NCBI GenBank assembly: GCA_020630175.1
Contig: JAHDBW010000004.1
Span: 8,694 to 72,693, forward strand
Direction of reading: 5' to 3'
Length of the DNA stretch: 64,000 bases
DNA from: Anaerolineales bacterium
GTDB taxonomy: Bacteria; Chloroflexota; Anaerolineae; Anaerolineales; UBA6668
Below are positions 8,972 to 19,828 of this stretch, one piece after another. How positions within the stretch are numbered: position 1 is the first letter of the stretch; each line of letters starts with the position of its first letter. The translations under genes were made by a program, and so were the position numbers. The notes below the pieces were generated by a model that saw nothing but the letters and a program-made list of their open reading frames with translations, searched no databases and was not told the DNA's origin.

Positions 8972-10909
8972 ATGGACGATAGATTTGCTTTCCGCATTAA
9001 GTTTGTTTTGGGATTTTTCCTAATTGGCGCAATTGCTGTGGTCGTGCGGTTGATTGATTTTCAAACGGATGCCAACACGGAAAAGATGCGTGATCAGGCT
9101 AAGGCTAGACTTACCTATTCTGCTGATTCAGAACCGCCACGTGGTCGGATCTTAGATCGTAATGGCCATGTGCTGGCAATTGACGAAAAGTACTTTGAAA
9201 TCGGCTTAGTGATTGAAGACATTGACTTAGACGTGCCCGCTGATCGGGTGGCTGCGTCTGAACTGGACCAAGCGATCCAAGAGTTAGAGCGCTTAGGGTT
9301 CTTTGATCCAAATGTGCAATTCCGTAACGTGCTAGCAATTGACTCGAACTTAGATACCCCAAATGGCCTGCGCGATTATGTGCTGGCTATTCGGACTGAG
9401 ATTGATATCGAGAAGGCCGCAGATGACTATTCGCCGGGCTTCAAGTTGGCATACAACATTGGTAATCCGATTCCGGCGGAATTTGTTGACCGTTTGGCGC
9501 TAGCGCAAAAGGAACAATACGCTGCCCGCAATGAAGCGATTGCAAACGGCGTTGCGCCTGAATTTATTCCAGAAGTGACGTTGAAGCATCTACGTTGGAC
9601 CGAATCTAACTGGGTGCGTACCTATCCAGAAGGGTCTGACATGGCGCACATCGTTGGCGTGGTGGATAGTGACGGAAATGGCATTTACGGCGTAGAACAA
9701 AATTACAACGGTTTCTTACGCGGCGACACGGTCTCGCAAACGTTTGAGTATGCTCGCCCTGAAGAAATAACCGGCGAACTAACCAAAACCGAAGAAGGTG
9801 TTGATATTGTGCTCACGATTGATCGCGATATCCAAGCCCTTGCGATGCGCAAAATTGCTGAAGGCGTGAGTTATTACGGAGCTGAGTCTGGCAATATTAT
9901 GGTGCTAGATCCACAAACCGGCGAACTTATTGCAAATGCAATCTGGCCGGCACGCGATCCATTGAATTTAGAAGATTGGACAGTGCGCTATTTTGATCCG
10001 GGCGTCTCAAAACCATTTGAGCCAGGCTCAATTTTCAAACCGTTGACGGTGGCTGCTGCCATCGATGCGGGTGAATTCAATCTGCAAAGTTCTTACTATG
10101 ACAATGGCTGTGGTGAATATCACGGTGTGCAAATTTGTAACTGGCTAAAAACCTCTTGGGGGCCACAAACCATTGATGGCGTGTTGCGGCATTCGCTCAA
10201 CTTAGGCACCACGTGGCTGGCCGATGGATTAGGCCCAACCCGTTTTTACGGGTACTTGCGTGCGTTCCGGCTAGATAAGGCCACAAATATTGACCTTGCG
10301 AATGAGAACTCAGGTTTCTTAGTTCGGCCAAGTGATGCCGCATGGGTGCCATCACAGCTCGCGCAAAATTCATTTGGGCAAGGGATTTCTACCACGCCAA
10401 TTCAAATTCTTAGCGCGCTCTCTGCAATTGCAAACGAGGGTGACCTGATGCAGCCCCGCATTTTGCATGCGATGCGCTCTACAACCGGCGAAGTGGTATT
10501 TGGTGAAAGTACTGCTGCGCGGCCAATCTCAAGCGAGACAGCCGCAATTGTGACCGATGTGTTGGCCTCTGCTGTAGAAGATGAAGCGAATCAGGCGCAA
10601 GTGCCCGGGTACAGCATTGCTGGCAAGACAGGCACCGCACAGCGGGTGCTTTATGAAACGCAAATTATCGATGGCGTTGAGCGCGATATTGCGCTGGGCT
10701 ACGATCAAGTTTTGAATGTCACCAGCTTTGTGGGCTGGGGGCCGGTGGATGATCCGCAATTTATTGTGTTGGTCAAATTAGATGGCCCAACGCGGGATGA
10801 ATGGGGGTCTAGCACGGCGGCACCGTTGTTCTCTGACTTTGTGCAGGACATGGTTGTGCTGATGGAATTGCCACCAGATCAGGTGCGGGCGGAGTTAGCA
10901 TCCGAATGA
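8972..10909 (+). CDS. ftsI: Class B penicillin-binding protein / peptidoglycan D,D-transpeptidase (FtsI-type)
   Basis: SxxK (SIFK), SxN (SLN) and KTG (KTGTA) motifs with an N-terminal TM anchor. The ATG at 8972 comes 2 nt after the previous stop; the track start at 8921 overlaps the upstream gene. Confidence 0.9.
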   Translation: MDDRFAFRIKFVLGFFLIGAIAVVVRLIDFQTDANTEKMRDQAKARLTYSADSEPPRGRILDRNGHVLAIDEKYFEIGLVIEDIDLDVPADRVAASELDQAIQELERLGFFDPNVQFRNVLAIDSNLDTPNGLRDYVLAIRTEIDIEKAADDYSPGFKLAYNIGNPIPAEFVDRLALAQKEQYAARNEAIANGVAPEFIPEVTLKHLRWTESNWVRTYPEGSDMAHIVGVVDSDGNGIYGVEQNYNGFLRGDTVSQTFEYARPEEITGELTKTEEGVDIVLTIDRDIQALAMRKIAEGVSYYGAESGNIMVLDPQTGELIANAIWPARDPLNLEDWTVRYFDPGVSKPFEPGSIFKPLTVAAAIDAGEFNLQSSYYDNGCGEYHGVQICNWLKTSWGPQTIDGVLRHSLNLGTTWLADGLGPTRFYGYLRAFRLDKATNIDLANENSGFLVRPSDAAWVPSQLAQNSFGQGISTTPIQILSALSAIANEGDLMQPRILHAMRSTTGEVVFGESTAARPISSETAAIVTDVLASAVEDEANQAQVPGYSIAGKTGTAQRVLYETQIIDGVERDIALGYDQVLNVTSFVGWGPVDDPQFIVLVKLDGPTRDEWGSSTAAPLFSDFVQDMVVLMELPPDQVRAELASE

Positions 10910-12339
10910 CAATGCCGCAACTGCACCACATTATCGCGGCCTTAACTGGCGTAATACAAGCTGATCTGACGCGTCCATTCTTGGGGGCGTCGGTTGATTC
11001 ACGGCAAATTGTAAAAAACAATCTGTTTGTGGCTGTCAATGGCGAAAATGTTGATGGTCATGCGTACTTGTCTAAAGCGTTTGAAAACGGCGCGACGCTT
11101 GCGCTCATTGATCAAGAAGTTAGCGCAGACTTCACTGTTTTAGACTTGCGCGCTGGCTTCACGCGCTTTGTAGATCAGGGCGGACCATTGTGTGTGCGGG
11201 TTGAAAGTAGCGTTGCTGCCCTGCAGATTATTGCCAAGTATTGGCGGCAACAGTTGCCCGTCCGCATTATTGGCATTACGGGTAGTGTTGGTAAAACAAC
11301 AACCAAAGAAGTGACCGCAGCGGTACTGTCGCAACGGTATAAGACGCTCAAAAACAAGGGCAACCTCAATAACGAGATTGGCCTGCCGCTCACGATGATG
11401 TCACTAGACACAACATATGAGCGTGCCGTTTTAGAAATGGGCTTCTACGTACCGGGCGAAATCAAATTCCTATGCGATATTGCACTGCCTAGCGTTGGGG
11501 TTATTACAAATGTATTTCCAGTGCATGCCGAACGCGCTGGCTCTTTAGAAAATATTGTCGCGGGCAAAAGCGAGCTTATTCAAAGCTTGCCAAATGCACC
11601 GCATGGCGTCGCGATTTTGAACGCAGATCAGCCGCATGTGGCCAATATGCGGAACCTCACCAACGCCAAAATTTTGACATATGGCGTCGAGGAACTGGCT
11701 TCTCTTTATGCTGATAACGTGTCTGGCATGGGCTTGGCGGGTGTGAAGTTTCGGATGCATTATGACGGCGACACTATCCACCTAACGGTGCCAATGCTAG
11801 GGCGGCACTCGGTGCAAACGTCTTTACGGGCCACCGCAGTTGGCTTGGCAGAGGGCATGGCTTGGCAAGATATTGTGACTGGGCTGCGTCAACAGTCGCC
11901 TGAAACGCAGTTGCGCCTGTCTGTGCTAGATGGCATTGGCGGCAGCGTGATTTTAGATGACACCTATAACGCGTCACCTGAATCCACGATTGCAGCGCTC
12001 AACTTGCTAGAAGAAGTGCAAGGCACGCGCAAAATTGCAGTGCTTGGCGACATGTTAGAACTTGGCTATTACGAAGAAATTGGCCATCGTATGGTTGGTG
12101 GGCGCGCGTCTGATGTGGCTGATGTGCTAATTACGGTTGGCAAACTTGGCGAAATTATTTCAGATGAAGCGCTGCGCAAAGGCATGCGCGCTACGGTCGT
12201 ACGGCATTTTGCAGATCAAGCGGCAGCGGCTGCCTATTTGAAAACACAAGTGCATCAAGGCGACGTTGTCTTGGTGAAAGGCTCACGCGGCTTACGGTTA
12301 GACCAACTCGTGACCGCTTTGGATATCGCAAATGAGTGA
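10906..12339 (+). CDS. murF: UDP-N-acetylmuramoyl-tripeptide--D-alanyl-D-alanine ligase MurF
   Basis: GITGSVGKTTTKE P-loop and the MurF-type LDDTYNASPES motif (not the MurE-type DYAHTPD). 4-nt overlap with the PBP gene. Confidence 0.9.
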   Translation: MTMPQLHHIIAALTGVIQADLTRPFLGASVDSRQIVKNNLFVAVNGENVDGHAYLSKAFENGATLALIDQEVSADFTVLDLRAGFTRFVDQGGPLCVRVESSVAALQIIAKYWRQQLPVRIIGITGSVGKTTTKEVTAAVLSQRYKTLKNKGNLNNEIGLPLTMMSLDTTYERAVLEMGFYVPGEIKFLCDIALPSVGVITNVFPVHAERAGSLENIVAGKSELIQSLPNAPHGVAILNADQPHVANMRNLTNAKILTYGVEELASLYADNVSGMGLAGVKFRMHYDGDTIHLTVPMLGRHSVQTSLRATAVGLAEGMAWQDIVTGLRQQSPETQLRLSVLDGIGGSVILDDTYNASPESTIAALNLLEEVQGTRKIAVLGDMLELGYYEEIGHRMVGGRASDVADVLITVGKLGEIISDEALRKGMRATVVRHFADQAAAAAYLKTQVHQGDVVLVKGSRGLRLDQLVTALDIANE

Positions 12340-13360
12340 TACGCTGCCAATCTTTTTCTCGATCTCGCTCGCGAGTATTACGTTTGTGATCACCGTAATT
12401 TGGGGGTCACCGTTTATTCGTGTGTTGCGACGTTGGAAAATCGGCAAACGCATCCGTGTGGACGGGCCGCAAACGCACTATTACAAAACCGGCACACCTA
12501 CGATGGGCGGCCTAATGGTGAGCGTTCCGGTGCTAATTGTGACGCTGGTATTGAACTTTGTGCGCCTCACGCGCGGCGGTGAAGTGCAAGGGCTTTCTAT
12601 CTTACTGCCGCTAGGTGTGCTGGTTGCTTACGGTTTGCTCGGTATCTGGGATGACTGGGAAGGCATTCACGGGCGGCGTGCAAAAACTGGGGAAGGCATG
12701 TTGGGGCGCTATAAGTTCATGTTCCAATGGATTATTGCCCTTATCGCCGCAGTGGTGCTGAGCTATGTCTTTGACATTCACAGTATTGCGTTGCCTGGTT
12801 ATCTAAATAAATTTGAACTCAATCCGCTTGTGTACATTCCGATTGCGGCGTTTGTGATTGTGTCTTGCTCCAATGCAATGAACATGACCGACGGCTTGGA
12901 TGGCCTAGCAGGGTTGGTATCTGTAACGTGTTTTGCAACATACGGCATGATTGCCATCTTGCAACAACAGTGGTTTTTGAGCCAATTCAACTTCACGATT
13001 GTAGGCGCATTGTTTGCCTTCCTTTGGTACAACGTGCATCCGGCGTCCTTGTTTATGGGCGACACCGGCTCTGGGGCGTTAGGCGGCGTGTTGGGCGTTG
13101 TGGCTTTGATGACGGGCCAATGGCTGTTGCTGATTGTGATTGCGATTGTTCCGTTTGCAGAGACGCTTTCTGTGATGATCCAAGTGGCTAGTGCAAAGCT
13201 TAGCCGCCGTTATCTAGGCGTGGATTTACGCCCATTCAAAATGAGCCCGCTGCACCATCACTTTGAACTGATTGGTTGGAGTGAAACGCAAGTTGCCCAG
13301 CGCTTTTGGCTGGTCTCAATTATGGCTGGCTTATTTGGGATTGCGCTCGCTTCACTATGA
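12332..13360 (+). CDS. mraY: Phospho-N-acetylmuramoyl-pentapeptide transferase MraY
   Basis: NAMNMTDGLDGLA, MGDTGSGALGG and PLHHHFE motifs; multi-TM. Confidence 0.95.
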   Translation: MSDTLPIFFSISLASITFVITVIWGSPFIRVLRRWKIGKRIRVDGPQTHYYKTGTPTMGGLMVSVPVLIVTLVLNFVRLTRGGEVQGLSILLPLGVLVAYGLLGIWDDWEGIHGRRAKTGEGMLGRYKFMFQWIIALIAAVVLSYVFDIHSIALPGYLNKFELNPLVYIPIAAFVIVSCSNAMNMTDGLDGLAGLVSVTCFATYGMIAILQQQWFLSQFNFTIVGALFAFLWYNVHPASLFMGDTGSGALGGVLGVVALMTGQWLLLIVIAIVPFAETLSVMIQVASAKLSRRYLGVDLRPFKMSPLHHHFELIGWSETQVAQRFWLVSIMAGLFGIALASL

Positions 13361-14706
13361 CGAAAGTGGTCTTAGGGATTGGGCGGCAAGCAAAAGCGTT
13401 AGCCGAATATTGGTCTGGCCAAGGTGCGACGGTCGTGCTGACAGATCGCCGGTCTGAAGCAGAAATTGGCAGCTTGATTGCTGAACTCGGGGCATTACCC
13501 GGCGTTTCTTTTTCGCTTGGCGGGCATCCAACTGACTTGTTAGACGATGCCGACGTGCTGTACGTCTCAGGCGGTGTGCCGTTAGAAATTCCATTTATTC
13601 AAGCGGCGCAGCAGCGTGGAATTGCACTTTCAAACGACTCGCAGCTCTTTTTAGAACTTGCGCCGTGTCCAGTCATTGGTATTACCGGATCTGCGGGCAA
13701 AACGACAACAACCGCACTGACTGGTGAGCTCTTGCAAGCCGCTGGTGCGTATCGCAAGGTTTGGGTGGGTGGCAATATTGGGCATCCACTGTTGCATGAT
13801 GTGCATGACATGCACCCGAGTGACATCGCAGTAATGGAGCTGTCTAGCTTTCAACTGGACTTGATGACCAACGCGCCACAGTGCGCAGCCGTCTTGAACG
13901 TCACGCCTAATCACTTAGATCGGCATGGCACGATGGAAGCGTATACAGCGGCAAAAGCCAACGTGCTGACGTACCAACATCGCGCAACACAAGCGTTGCT
14001 TTGCGCCGATGAAGCTGGCTCGGCCGCATTAGCCGCCAAAGTAGTTGCAGATGAACTGTGGTGGTTTGGTACAACGCTGCCGGCCAAAGTGCAGTTCGGC
14101 ACGTTTGTAAGCGGTACGGACCTAATCGTCCGGACGCCTGCTGGCGACCAAGCGTTTGCAACAGTTGCCGATATTCAATTACGGGGCGCGCATAATGTGC
14201 TCAACGTGTTGGCGGCCACGGCACTTGCGGCAATGGTAGGGGCGGATGTTGCGAAGTTTTCAGGCGCTATTCGGGGCTTTGCTGGCGTAGCGCACAGACT
14301 AGAGATGGTACGCGACTTGCATGGCGTTAGATGGTACAACGACTCCATCGCAACCGCGCCAGAACGGACGTTAGCTGCTGTGCAAGCGTTTGATGATCCG
14401 ATCATCTTGCTGCTGGGCGGCGTAGATAAGAACTTACCTTGGGCCACGTTAGCCCAAGTATTAGCTGCAAAATCAGTTCGCGCTGTTAGCTTTGGCCGAG
14501 CAGGCGACATGATTGCCAACGTTCTACGTGAACATGGCGCAACAGTGATGGAAGCAACGACCTTTGACAGTGCTGTTCATACAGCACAAACAGTTGCTAA
14601 AAACGGAGATATCGTGTTGTTATCTCCTGGTTGTACAAGCTTTGATGAATTTGTGGACTTTGCCGCACGCGGCGTCCGCTTTCGGGAGTTAGTAAACCAA
14701 TTATGA
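13357..14706 (+). CDS. murD: UDP-N-acetylmuramoylalanine--D-glutamate ligase MurD
   Basis: GITGSAGKTTTT and the NDSIATAPERT (MurD NDSKAT-type) motif. The ATG at 13357 forms an ATGA overlap with the mraY stop. Confidence 0.9.
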   Translation: MTKVVLGIGRQAKALAEYWSGQGATVVLTDRRSEAEIGSLIAELGALPGVSFSLGGHPTDLLDDADVLYVSGGVPLEIPFIQAAQQRGIALSNDSQLFLELAPCPVIGITGSAGKTTTTALTGELLQAAGAYRKVWVGGNIGHPLLHDVHDMHPSDIAVMELSSFQLDLMTNAPQCAAVLNVTPNHLDRHGTMEAYTAAKANVLTYQHRATQALLCADEAGSAALAAKVVADELWWFGTTLPAKVQFGTFVSGTDLIVRTPAGDQAFATVADIQLRGAHNVLNVLAATALAAMVGADVAKFSGAIRGFAGVAHRLEMVRDLHGVRWYNDSIATAPERTLAAVQAFDDPIILLLGGVDKNLPWATLAQVLAAKSVRAVSFGRAGDMIANVLREHGATVMEATTFDSAVHTAQTVAKNGDIVLLSPGCTSFDEFVDFAARGVRFRELVNQL

Positions 14707-15845
14707 CCGTATATAAAAAGACAAACAATCCAATTGCACTTGACTGGCAACTGCTAGGGCTAACGCTCGCGTTGTTGGGCTTTGGCACCATTATGGTTGT
14801 CAGTGCTTCTGTTGATGCATCGATTTGGACGCACGGCGACGGAATGAAAGTGGCGCGTGACCAACTGCGTAACGTGGCCATTGGCGTGTTGGCAATGTTG
14901 TTTTTTGCATATTACGGTGACTATCGCTGGCTTAAGGACCGCCGGATTTCAATCCTGCTTTTATTTGTGTCAGTGTTGTTTGTGTTTTTTGTAAAACTAT
15001 TTGGCACTGGTGTAAGTGGTGATCTGACCCGCGGCTTGTTTAATGGTGCTATTCAGCCATCTGAAGTGTCTAAGGCTGTAGCGGTAATTTATATGGCCGC
15101 TTGGCTCAATTCAAGACAAGATTCGCTGAATACGTGGATCGATGGCACGCTGCCTTGTGCGATTTTGTTAGGGCTGATGGGGGGCATTATTGCGCTTCAA
15201 CCTGACTTTAGCGCGGCCTTCAGCATTGTGTTGGTGGGGGTAACGATGTACTTCCTATCTGGTGCGAGCGTTTGGAACGTCGCTGCTTTGGGAAGCTTAT
15301 ATGTTGTAACCGCTTGGTTTGTTGTGAGCTTCTTTGGGCGTGGGTCGCAGCGGCTTGAAGCCTATGTGCAAGGCCTACGCGACTGGACCGTATACGCGCA
15401 ATACCAGTCTGAGCACATGGAAAGTATGGTGCAGACCTTTACCCTAGGCGGCTGGTTTGGACGCGGCCTAGGGAATAGCTACATGAAGTTTGTTGGCCAA
15501 TTGCCAGCCGCACACACCGATAGTATTTTTGGAATTGTGGCCGAAGAAGGCGGCGTTTTTCTATGTGTTGCGCTGATGACCCTGATGGGGCTGTTTATTT
15601 GGCGTGGGACTAAGGTTGCCCAACGTGCTCCAGATAGCTACGGTGCAATCTTGGCTGTGGGGTTCACGGTCTGGATTGGCTTTGAAATGTTGATCAACGT
15701 GCTAGTTGCAGTTGGGTGGTTGCCAGTACTTGGGAACCCACTCCCATTGATTTCTTACGGTGGGTCTTCACTGGTGATGACAATGGTTGCAATTGGGATT
15801 ATTTTGAACGTGTCGCGTCATTCAAACGCGGTGCGGAGAGAGTGA
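14703..15845 (+). CDS. ftsW: SEDS-family peptidoglycan glycosyltransferase FtsW
   Basis: 10-TM-like profile with LPAAHTDSIFGIVAEEGG and PLPLISYGGSS motifs. ATGA overlap with murD. Confidence 0.9.
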   Translation: MTVYKKTNNPIALDWQLLGLTLALLGFGTIMVVSASVDASIWTHGDGMKVARDQLRNVAIGVLAMLFFAYYGDYRWLKDRRISILLLFVSVLFVFFVKLFGTGVSGDLTRGLFNGAIQPSEVSKAVAVIYMAAWLNSRQDSLNTWIDGTLPCAILLGLMGGIIALQPDFSAAFSIVLVGVTMYFLSGASVWNVAALGSLYVVTAWFVVSFFGRGSQRLEAYVQGLRDWTVYAQYQSEHMESMVQTFTLGGWFGRGLGNSYMKFVGQLPAAHTDSIFGIVAEEGGVFLCVALMTLMGLFIWRGTKVAQRAPDSYGAILAVGFTVWIGFEMLINVLVAVGWLPVLGNPLPLISYGGSSLVMTMVAIGIILNVSRHSNAVRRE

Positions 15846-15852
15846 TGCCGCA

Positions 15853-16962
15853 GTGCGCTTACTAATTGCTGCAGGCGGCACGGGTGGCCATGTTTACCCA
15901 GCGCTTGCACCAATGGCTGATCTGGCGCGTTTAGATCCCACGCTTGAGGTGTTGTGGATTGGCACGCAAGACGGCATGGAGGCTGACCTTGTTGAACGAG
16001 AGGGACTGAAATTCCAGTCTATTCGGGGACGCGGGGTTGCCGGAGTGGGCGCTGTGAAGGCGCTTTTGGCCGTTATTGAGCTAGGGCGCGGCTTTTTGCA
16101 AGCGCGCAAAATCGTGCGTGACTTCCAGCCTGATGCATTGTTTGTAACGGGCGGATACACATCTGTGGCGGTGACCGTGGCCTGTTGGTTACGCAACGTG
16201 CCCATTGCGGTGTACTTGCCAGACATCGAGCCGGGCCGTGGTGTGAAATTTGTTGCCAAGTATGCCAAGAAAGTGTTGGTCACAGACCAAAATTCTGCGC
16301 AATACTTTCCAGACAACACGGTGATTGAAACTGGCTATCCTTTGCGGCCGGCCTTGATTGAGGCCACAGCGTTGGAACAGTCGGCAGCGCGTGAGCATTT
16401 CAAGTTGGCGCCAGACAAAGCGACATTGTTTGTGTTTGGTGGCAGCCGTGGTGCACGCAGTTTGAACACTGTTGTTCGCAAGCACTTGCAAACGCTGACA
16501 GACACCTTGAACTTGCAGGTGATCCATATCACAGGCACGTTGGACTGGCCAAAGTTTGCTGATAGTCAGCAGACGTTGCCAGCACAAGTGGCTGCGAATT
16601 ACGTGGTGTTTCCTTACTTGCATGATGATATGGGTGTTGCAATGGCGGCAGCGGATATTGTTTGTGCCCGCGCCGGTGCATCAACATTGGGAGAGTTTCC
16701 CGCATTTGGACTTAGTGCAATTCTTGTACCTTATCCGCATGCATGGCGTTACCAAAAGGTAAACGCAGATACATTAGTTAGCCAAGGCTCTGGGATCCGC
16801 ATTGATGATGCAGACCTAGATGCGGAACTTGTGCCAACGTTGCAGCGCTTGCTGGCAACGCCAAGCGAACTCGCAGCAATGCGCAACGCTGCTAAAGCGC
16901 AAGCAAAATTAGATGCAGCGCACAAGATTGCTAAAGAGCTACTGTCGCTACCAGACGCGTAA
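15853..16962 (+). CDS. murG: Undecaprenyldiphospho-muramoylpentapeptide beta-N-acetylglucosaminyltransferase MurG
   Basis: AAGGTGGHVYPALA N-terminus and a FGGSRGARSLN motif. GTG start. Confidence 0.9.
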   Translation: MRLLIAAGGTGGHVYPALAPMADLARLDPTLEVLWIGTQDGMEADLVEREGLKFQSIRGRGVAGVGAVKALLAVIELGRGFLQARKIVRDFQPDALFVTGGYTSVAVTVACWLRNVPIAVYLPDIEPGRGVKFVAKYAKKVLVTDQNSAQYFPDNTVIETGYPLRPALIEATALEQSAAREHFKLAPDKATLFVFGGSRGARSLNTVVRKHLQTLTDTLNLQVIHITGTLDWPKFADSQQTLPAQVAANYVVFPYLHDDMGVAMAAADIVCARAGASTLGEFPAFGLSAILVPYPHAWRYQKVNADTLVSQGSGIRIDDADLDAELVPTLQRLLATPSELAAMRNAAKAQAKLDAAHKIAKELLSLPDA

Positions 16963-16986
16963 ATTCGTGAATCGAAACGTATTCAA

Positions 16987-17520
16987 ATGATACAAATTAC
17001 AACTGTTTTTTGGATTTTTATCGCCTTCTTTATTTTGATTGGGGCAACACGGGGCTGGGCCAAAGAAATTTTGGTCACGTTCAGTTTGCTATTGGCGCTT
17101 TTCCTAAACACAATTTTTGAACAATTTTTGGGAGATCTTTTTCAAGCCTTCCAACAACAGTCAACCACATTTCAGTTTTACAGCCGGATTGTTGTGCTGA
17201 CCTTACTCACGTTTTTTGGGTATGAAACACCGCGCCTTTCGCGCATGATTGCCAACAAATCTAAGCGGGATCGGTTAGAAAACGTCTTGCTTGGTGGTGT
17301 GATTGGGGCGCTCAATGGCTGGCTATTAGTGGGCAGCTTTTGGTGGTACCTCTCAACAAATGGGTATCCCATTGAGGGGATTTCACCACCAGTGGGTGAA
17401 GACGCTATTCAAGACGCGGCTGTGATCTTGAGCTTTGCCCCACCGGAGTTGATTACGACTCCGCTAATTTATTTTCTAGTCGCGGCTGCGTTTGTATTCG
17501 TGCTGGTTGTTCTTTTATGA
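16987..17520 (+). CDS. Small 4-TM membrane protein, CvpA-like
   Basis: The N-terminus IFIAFFILIGATRGWAKEILVTFSLLLALFL resembles CvpA-family openings. Its stop overlaps the murC start by 4 nt, so it is embedded in the operon. Confidence 0.45.
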   Translation: MIQITTVFWIFIAFFILIGATRGWAKEILVTFSLLLALFLNTIFEQFLGDLFQAFQQQSTTFQFYSRIVVLTLLTFFGYETPRLSRMIANKSKRDRLENVLLGGVIGALNGWLLVGSFWWYLSTNGYPIEGISPPVGEDAIQDAAVILSFAPPELITTPLIYFLVAAAFVFVLVVLL

Positions 17521-18902
17521 GTGAAATCGTTCATTTTATCGGGATTGGAGGCGCGGGCCTGTCTGCCATTGCAACGGTGTTGTTGGGGCAAGGTTACAAA
17601 GTTTCCGGTTCTGATATGCGGGCTTCGGCGAACACCGAGCGGCTGACAGGCTTAGGCGCGTGTGTCTCTATTGGTCACAACGCAGAGCACGTCACTGCGG
17701 ATGTTGCGCGTGTGATCCGCTCTTCAGCGGTGCCAGATACAAACCCTGAAGTGGTTGCGGCGCGTGCGTTAGATATCCCTGTGGTCAAGCGCCAAGACTT
17801 TCTTGGCGAAATGATGGCTGAAAAAGTGGGGATTGGCATTGCCGGTACGCATGGCAAAACCACAACAACTAGCTTTCTAGCGTTTGCGTTGCATCACCTA
17901 AAGCAAGATCCAACCTTTATTGTTGGCGGCCAATTGGCAGATTTAGGCACCAACGCTAGCTATGGTGAAGGTGAACATTTTGTTATTGAAGCGGATGAGT
18001 ACGACCACATGTTTTTGGGCTTGCGGCCTAAAGTGGCAGTGATTACAAACGTTGAACATGACCATCCCGATATCTATCCAACCTATGCGCATATGTTGGA
18101 TGCGTACCGCGAATATGTTGACCTAGTGCCTGCTGACGGCCTAGTGATTGTTTGTCAGGATGACGCCGGATCACGCTTGATTGGTGACTATGCCCGTGCG
18201 CAGGGTAAAGATGTACAAACGTACAGCGTAGAGAACAATCAGGCTGACTGGATGGCGGAAGAAGTTCGCGTGAATGCGATGGGTGGGAATGACTTCCTGC
18301 TTGTGCAAAATCAAACCGAAACGGTTGGGTTGGTGCGCATCCGCTTGCCGGGCTTGCACAACGTTGGCAACTGCTTGGCAGTGTTGGCTGTGTTGAATTA
18401 TTTAGAGATGTCCTTCACGCAATGCATGTTGGCGTTACGTGAATTCCGTGGTGTTGGGCGGCGCTTTGAACTCAAGGGCGAAGTGAACGGCATCACGATT
18501 GTGGATGATTATGCCCATCATCCGACCGAGCTACGGGCAACGCTTTCTAGCGCCCGCCGCCGCTTTGCTGATCGCAAAATTTGGGCCATGTTTCAGCCGC
18601 ATACGTATAGCCGCACAAAGGCGTTGCTAGTGAACTTTGCGGCCAGCTTTAGTGATGCAGACCATGTCATTATTACTGATATTTTTGCGTCGCGTGAAAA
18701 AGATATCGACGTTTCGTCGGCAGATATTGTTGGCAATATGGCGCACCCAGACGTGCGTTACGTGGCGGAATTAGCAGATGCCGCCGATATGCTCGTTGAA
18801 GAATTGCAAGCGGGTGATGTGTTGATCACGCTTGGTGCTGGTAACGGGCACACCGTTGGCGAAGCCGTGCTACAGCGGTTGCAAGCTTTGGCTGCCGCAT
18901 AA
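17517..18902 (+). CDS. murC: UDP-N-acetylmuramate--L-alanine ligase MurC
   Basis: HFIGIGGAGLSAIA, GTHGKTTTTS and DDYAHHPTE motifs. Confidence 0.9.
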   Translation: MSEIVHFIGIGGAGLSAIATVLLGQGYKVSGSDMRASANTERLTGLGACVSIGHNAEHVTADVARVIRSSAVPDTNPEVVAARALDIPVVKRQDFLGEMMAEKVGIGIAGTHGKTTTTSFLAFALHHLKQDPTFIVGGQLADLGTNASYGEGEHFVIEADEYDHMFLGLRPKVAVITNVEHDHPDIYPTYAHMLDAYREYVDLVPADGLVIVCQDDAGSRLIGDYARAQGKDVQTYSVENNQADWMAEEVRVNAMGGNDFLLVQNQTETVGLVRIRLPGLHNVGNCLAVLAVLNYLEMSFTQCMLALREFRGVGRRFELKGEVNGITIVDDYAHHPTELRATLSSARRRFADRKIWAMFQPHTYSRTKALLVNFAASFSDADHVIITDIFASREKDIDVSSADIVGNMAHPDVRYVAELADAADMLVEELQAGDVLITLGAGNGHTVGEAVLQRLQALAAA

Positions 18903-18907
18903 CAACT

Positions 18908-19828
18908 ATGGCGACTATTTCGAAAGCAGAAATGCAGGCGCTGTTTGGTAGCAGTTTGCGCTGTGATGAACCGCTCGCTCGGTTTACCTCAGCCAGAATT
19001 GGCGGTCCGGCGGATTATTTGCTGACAGTTTCATCTAGTGATGAGCTAGGGCAAGCGGTGCTGTTTGCGCAAGAGAACGGGCTTGACTACGTGATCTTAG
19101 GCGCTGGCTCTAACATTTTGGTGTCTGACGCGGGCATTCGCGGACTAACGATTTTGAACCGCGCCCGCAAAATTGAATTCACGGCGCTAGACGAAGGAGT
19201 ACGTGTTTTTGCAGAATCGGGCACGTCGTTGCCATTGTTGGCGCGGCAGTGCGTGACGCAAAACGCGGCTGGTTTTGAATGGGCGGCAACAGTTCCCGGC
19301 TCAATTGGTGGGGCAGTTGTGGGCAATGCGGGTGCACATGGCTCAGATGTGGCGGCAAATCTAGAGATGGCCGAAATCTTGCATCCTAATACAGTAGTGC
19401 AACCTTGGACGAATGCAGACTTGAAGTTTGACTATCGGACAAGTTATTTGAAAGAAACCGGCGGTCACACCGTACTTTCGGCAACATTTATGCTGGAACA
19501 CGGGGAACGCGACACGATCCAAGCGACGATTGAAACGTTTCAGGCGCATCGCAAACGGACGCAGCCGCCTGGCGCAACGATTGGCTCAATGTTCAAAAAT
19601 CCACCGGGCGATTATGCCGGGCGTTTGATTGAGCAAGCCAACTTGAAAGGCCTGCGCGTTGCAAACGCTAGCGTTTCTGAACTGCACGCAAACTTTTTTG
19701 TAAATGAAGGGGCTGCCACTGCCAGCGACGTTTATGGCCTAATTAGCCAAGCGCGTGAGGTTGTGCAGCAACAAACTGGTATCACGTTGGAATTAGAAGT
19801 AGAACTCGTAGGCGATTGGAATGCATAA
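18908..19828 (+). CDS. murB: UDP-N-acetylenolpyruvoylglucosamine reductase MurB
   Basis: FAD-binding RIGGPADY...ILGAGSNILV and the C-terminal GSMFKNPPG motif. Confidence 0.9.
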   Translation: MATISKAEMQALFGSSLRCDEPLARFTSARIGGPADYLLTVSSSDELGQAVLFAQENGLDYVILGAGSNILVSDAGIRGLTILNRARKIEFTALDEGVRVFAESGTSLPLLARQCVTQNAAGFEWAATVPGSIGGAVVGNAGAHGSDVAANLEMAEILHPNTVVQPWTNADLKFDYRTSYLKETGGHTVLSATFMLEHGERDTIQATIETFQAHRKRTQPPGATIGSMFKNPPGDYAGRLIEQANLKGLRVANASVSELHANFFVNEGAATASDVYGLISQAREVVQQQTGITLELEVELVGDWNA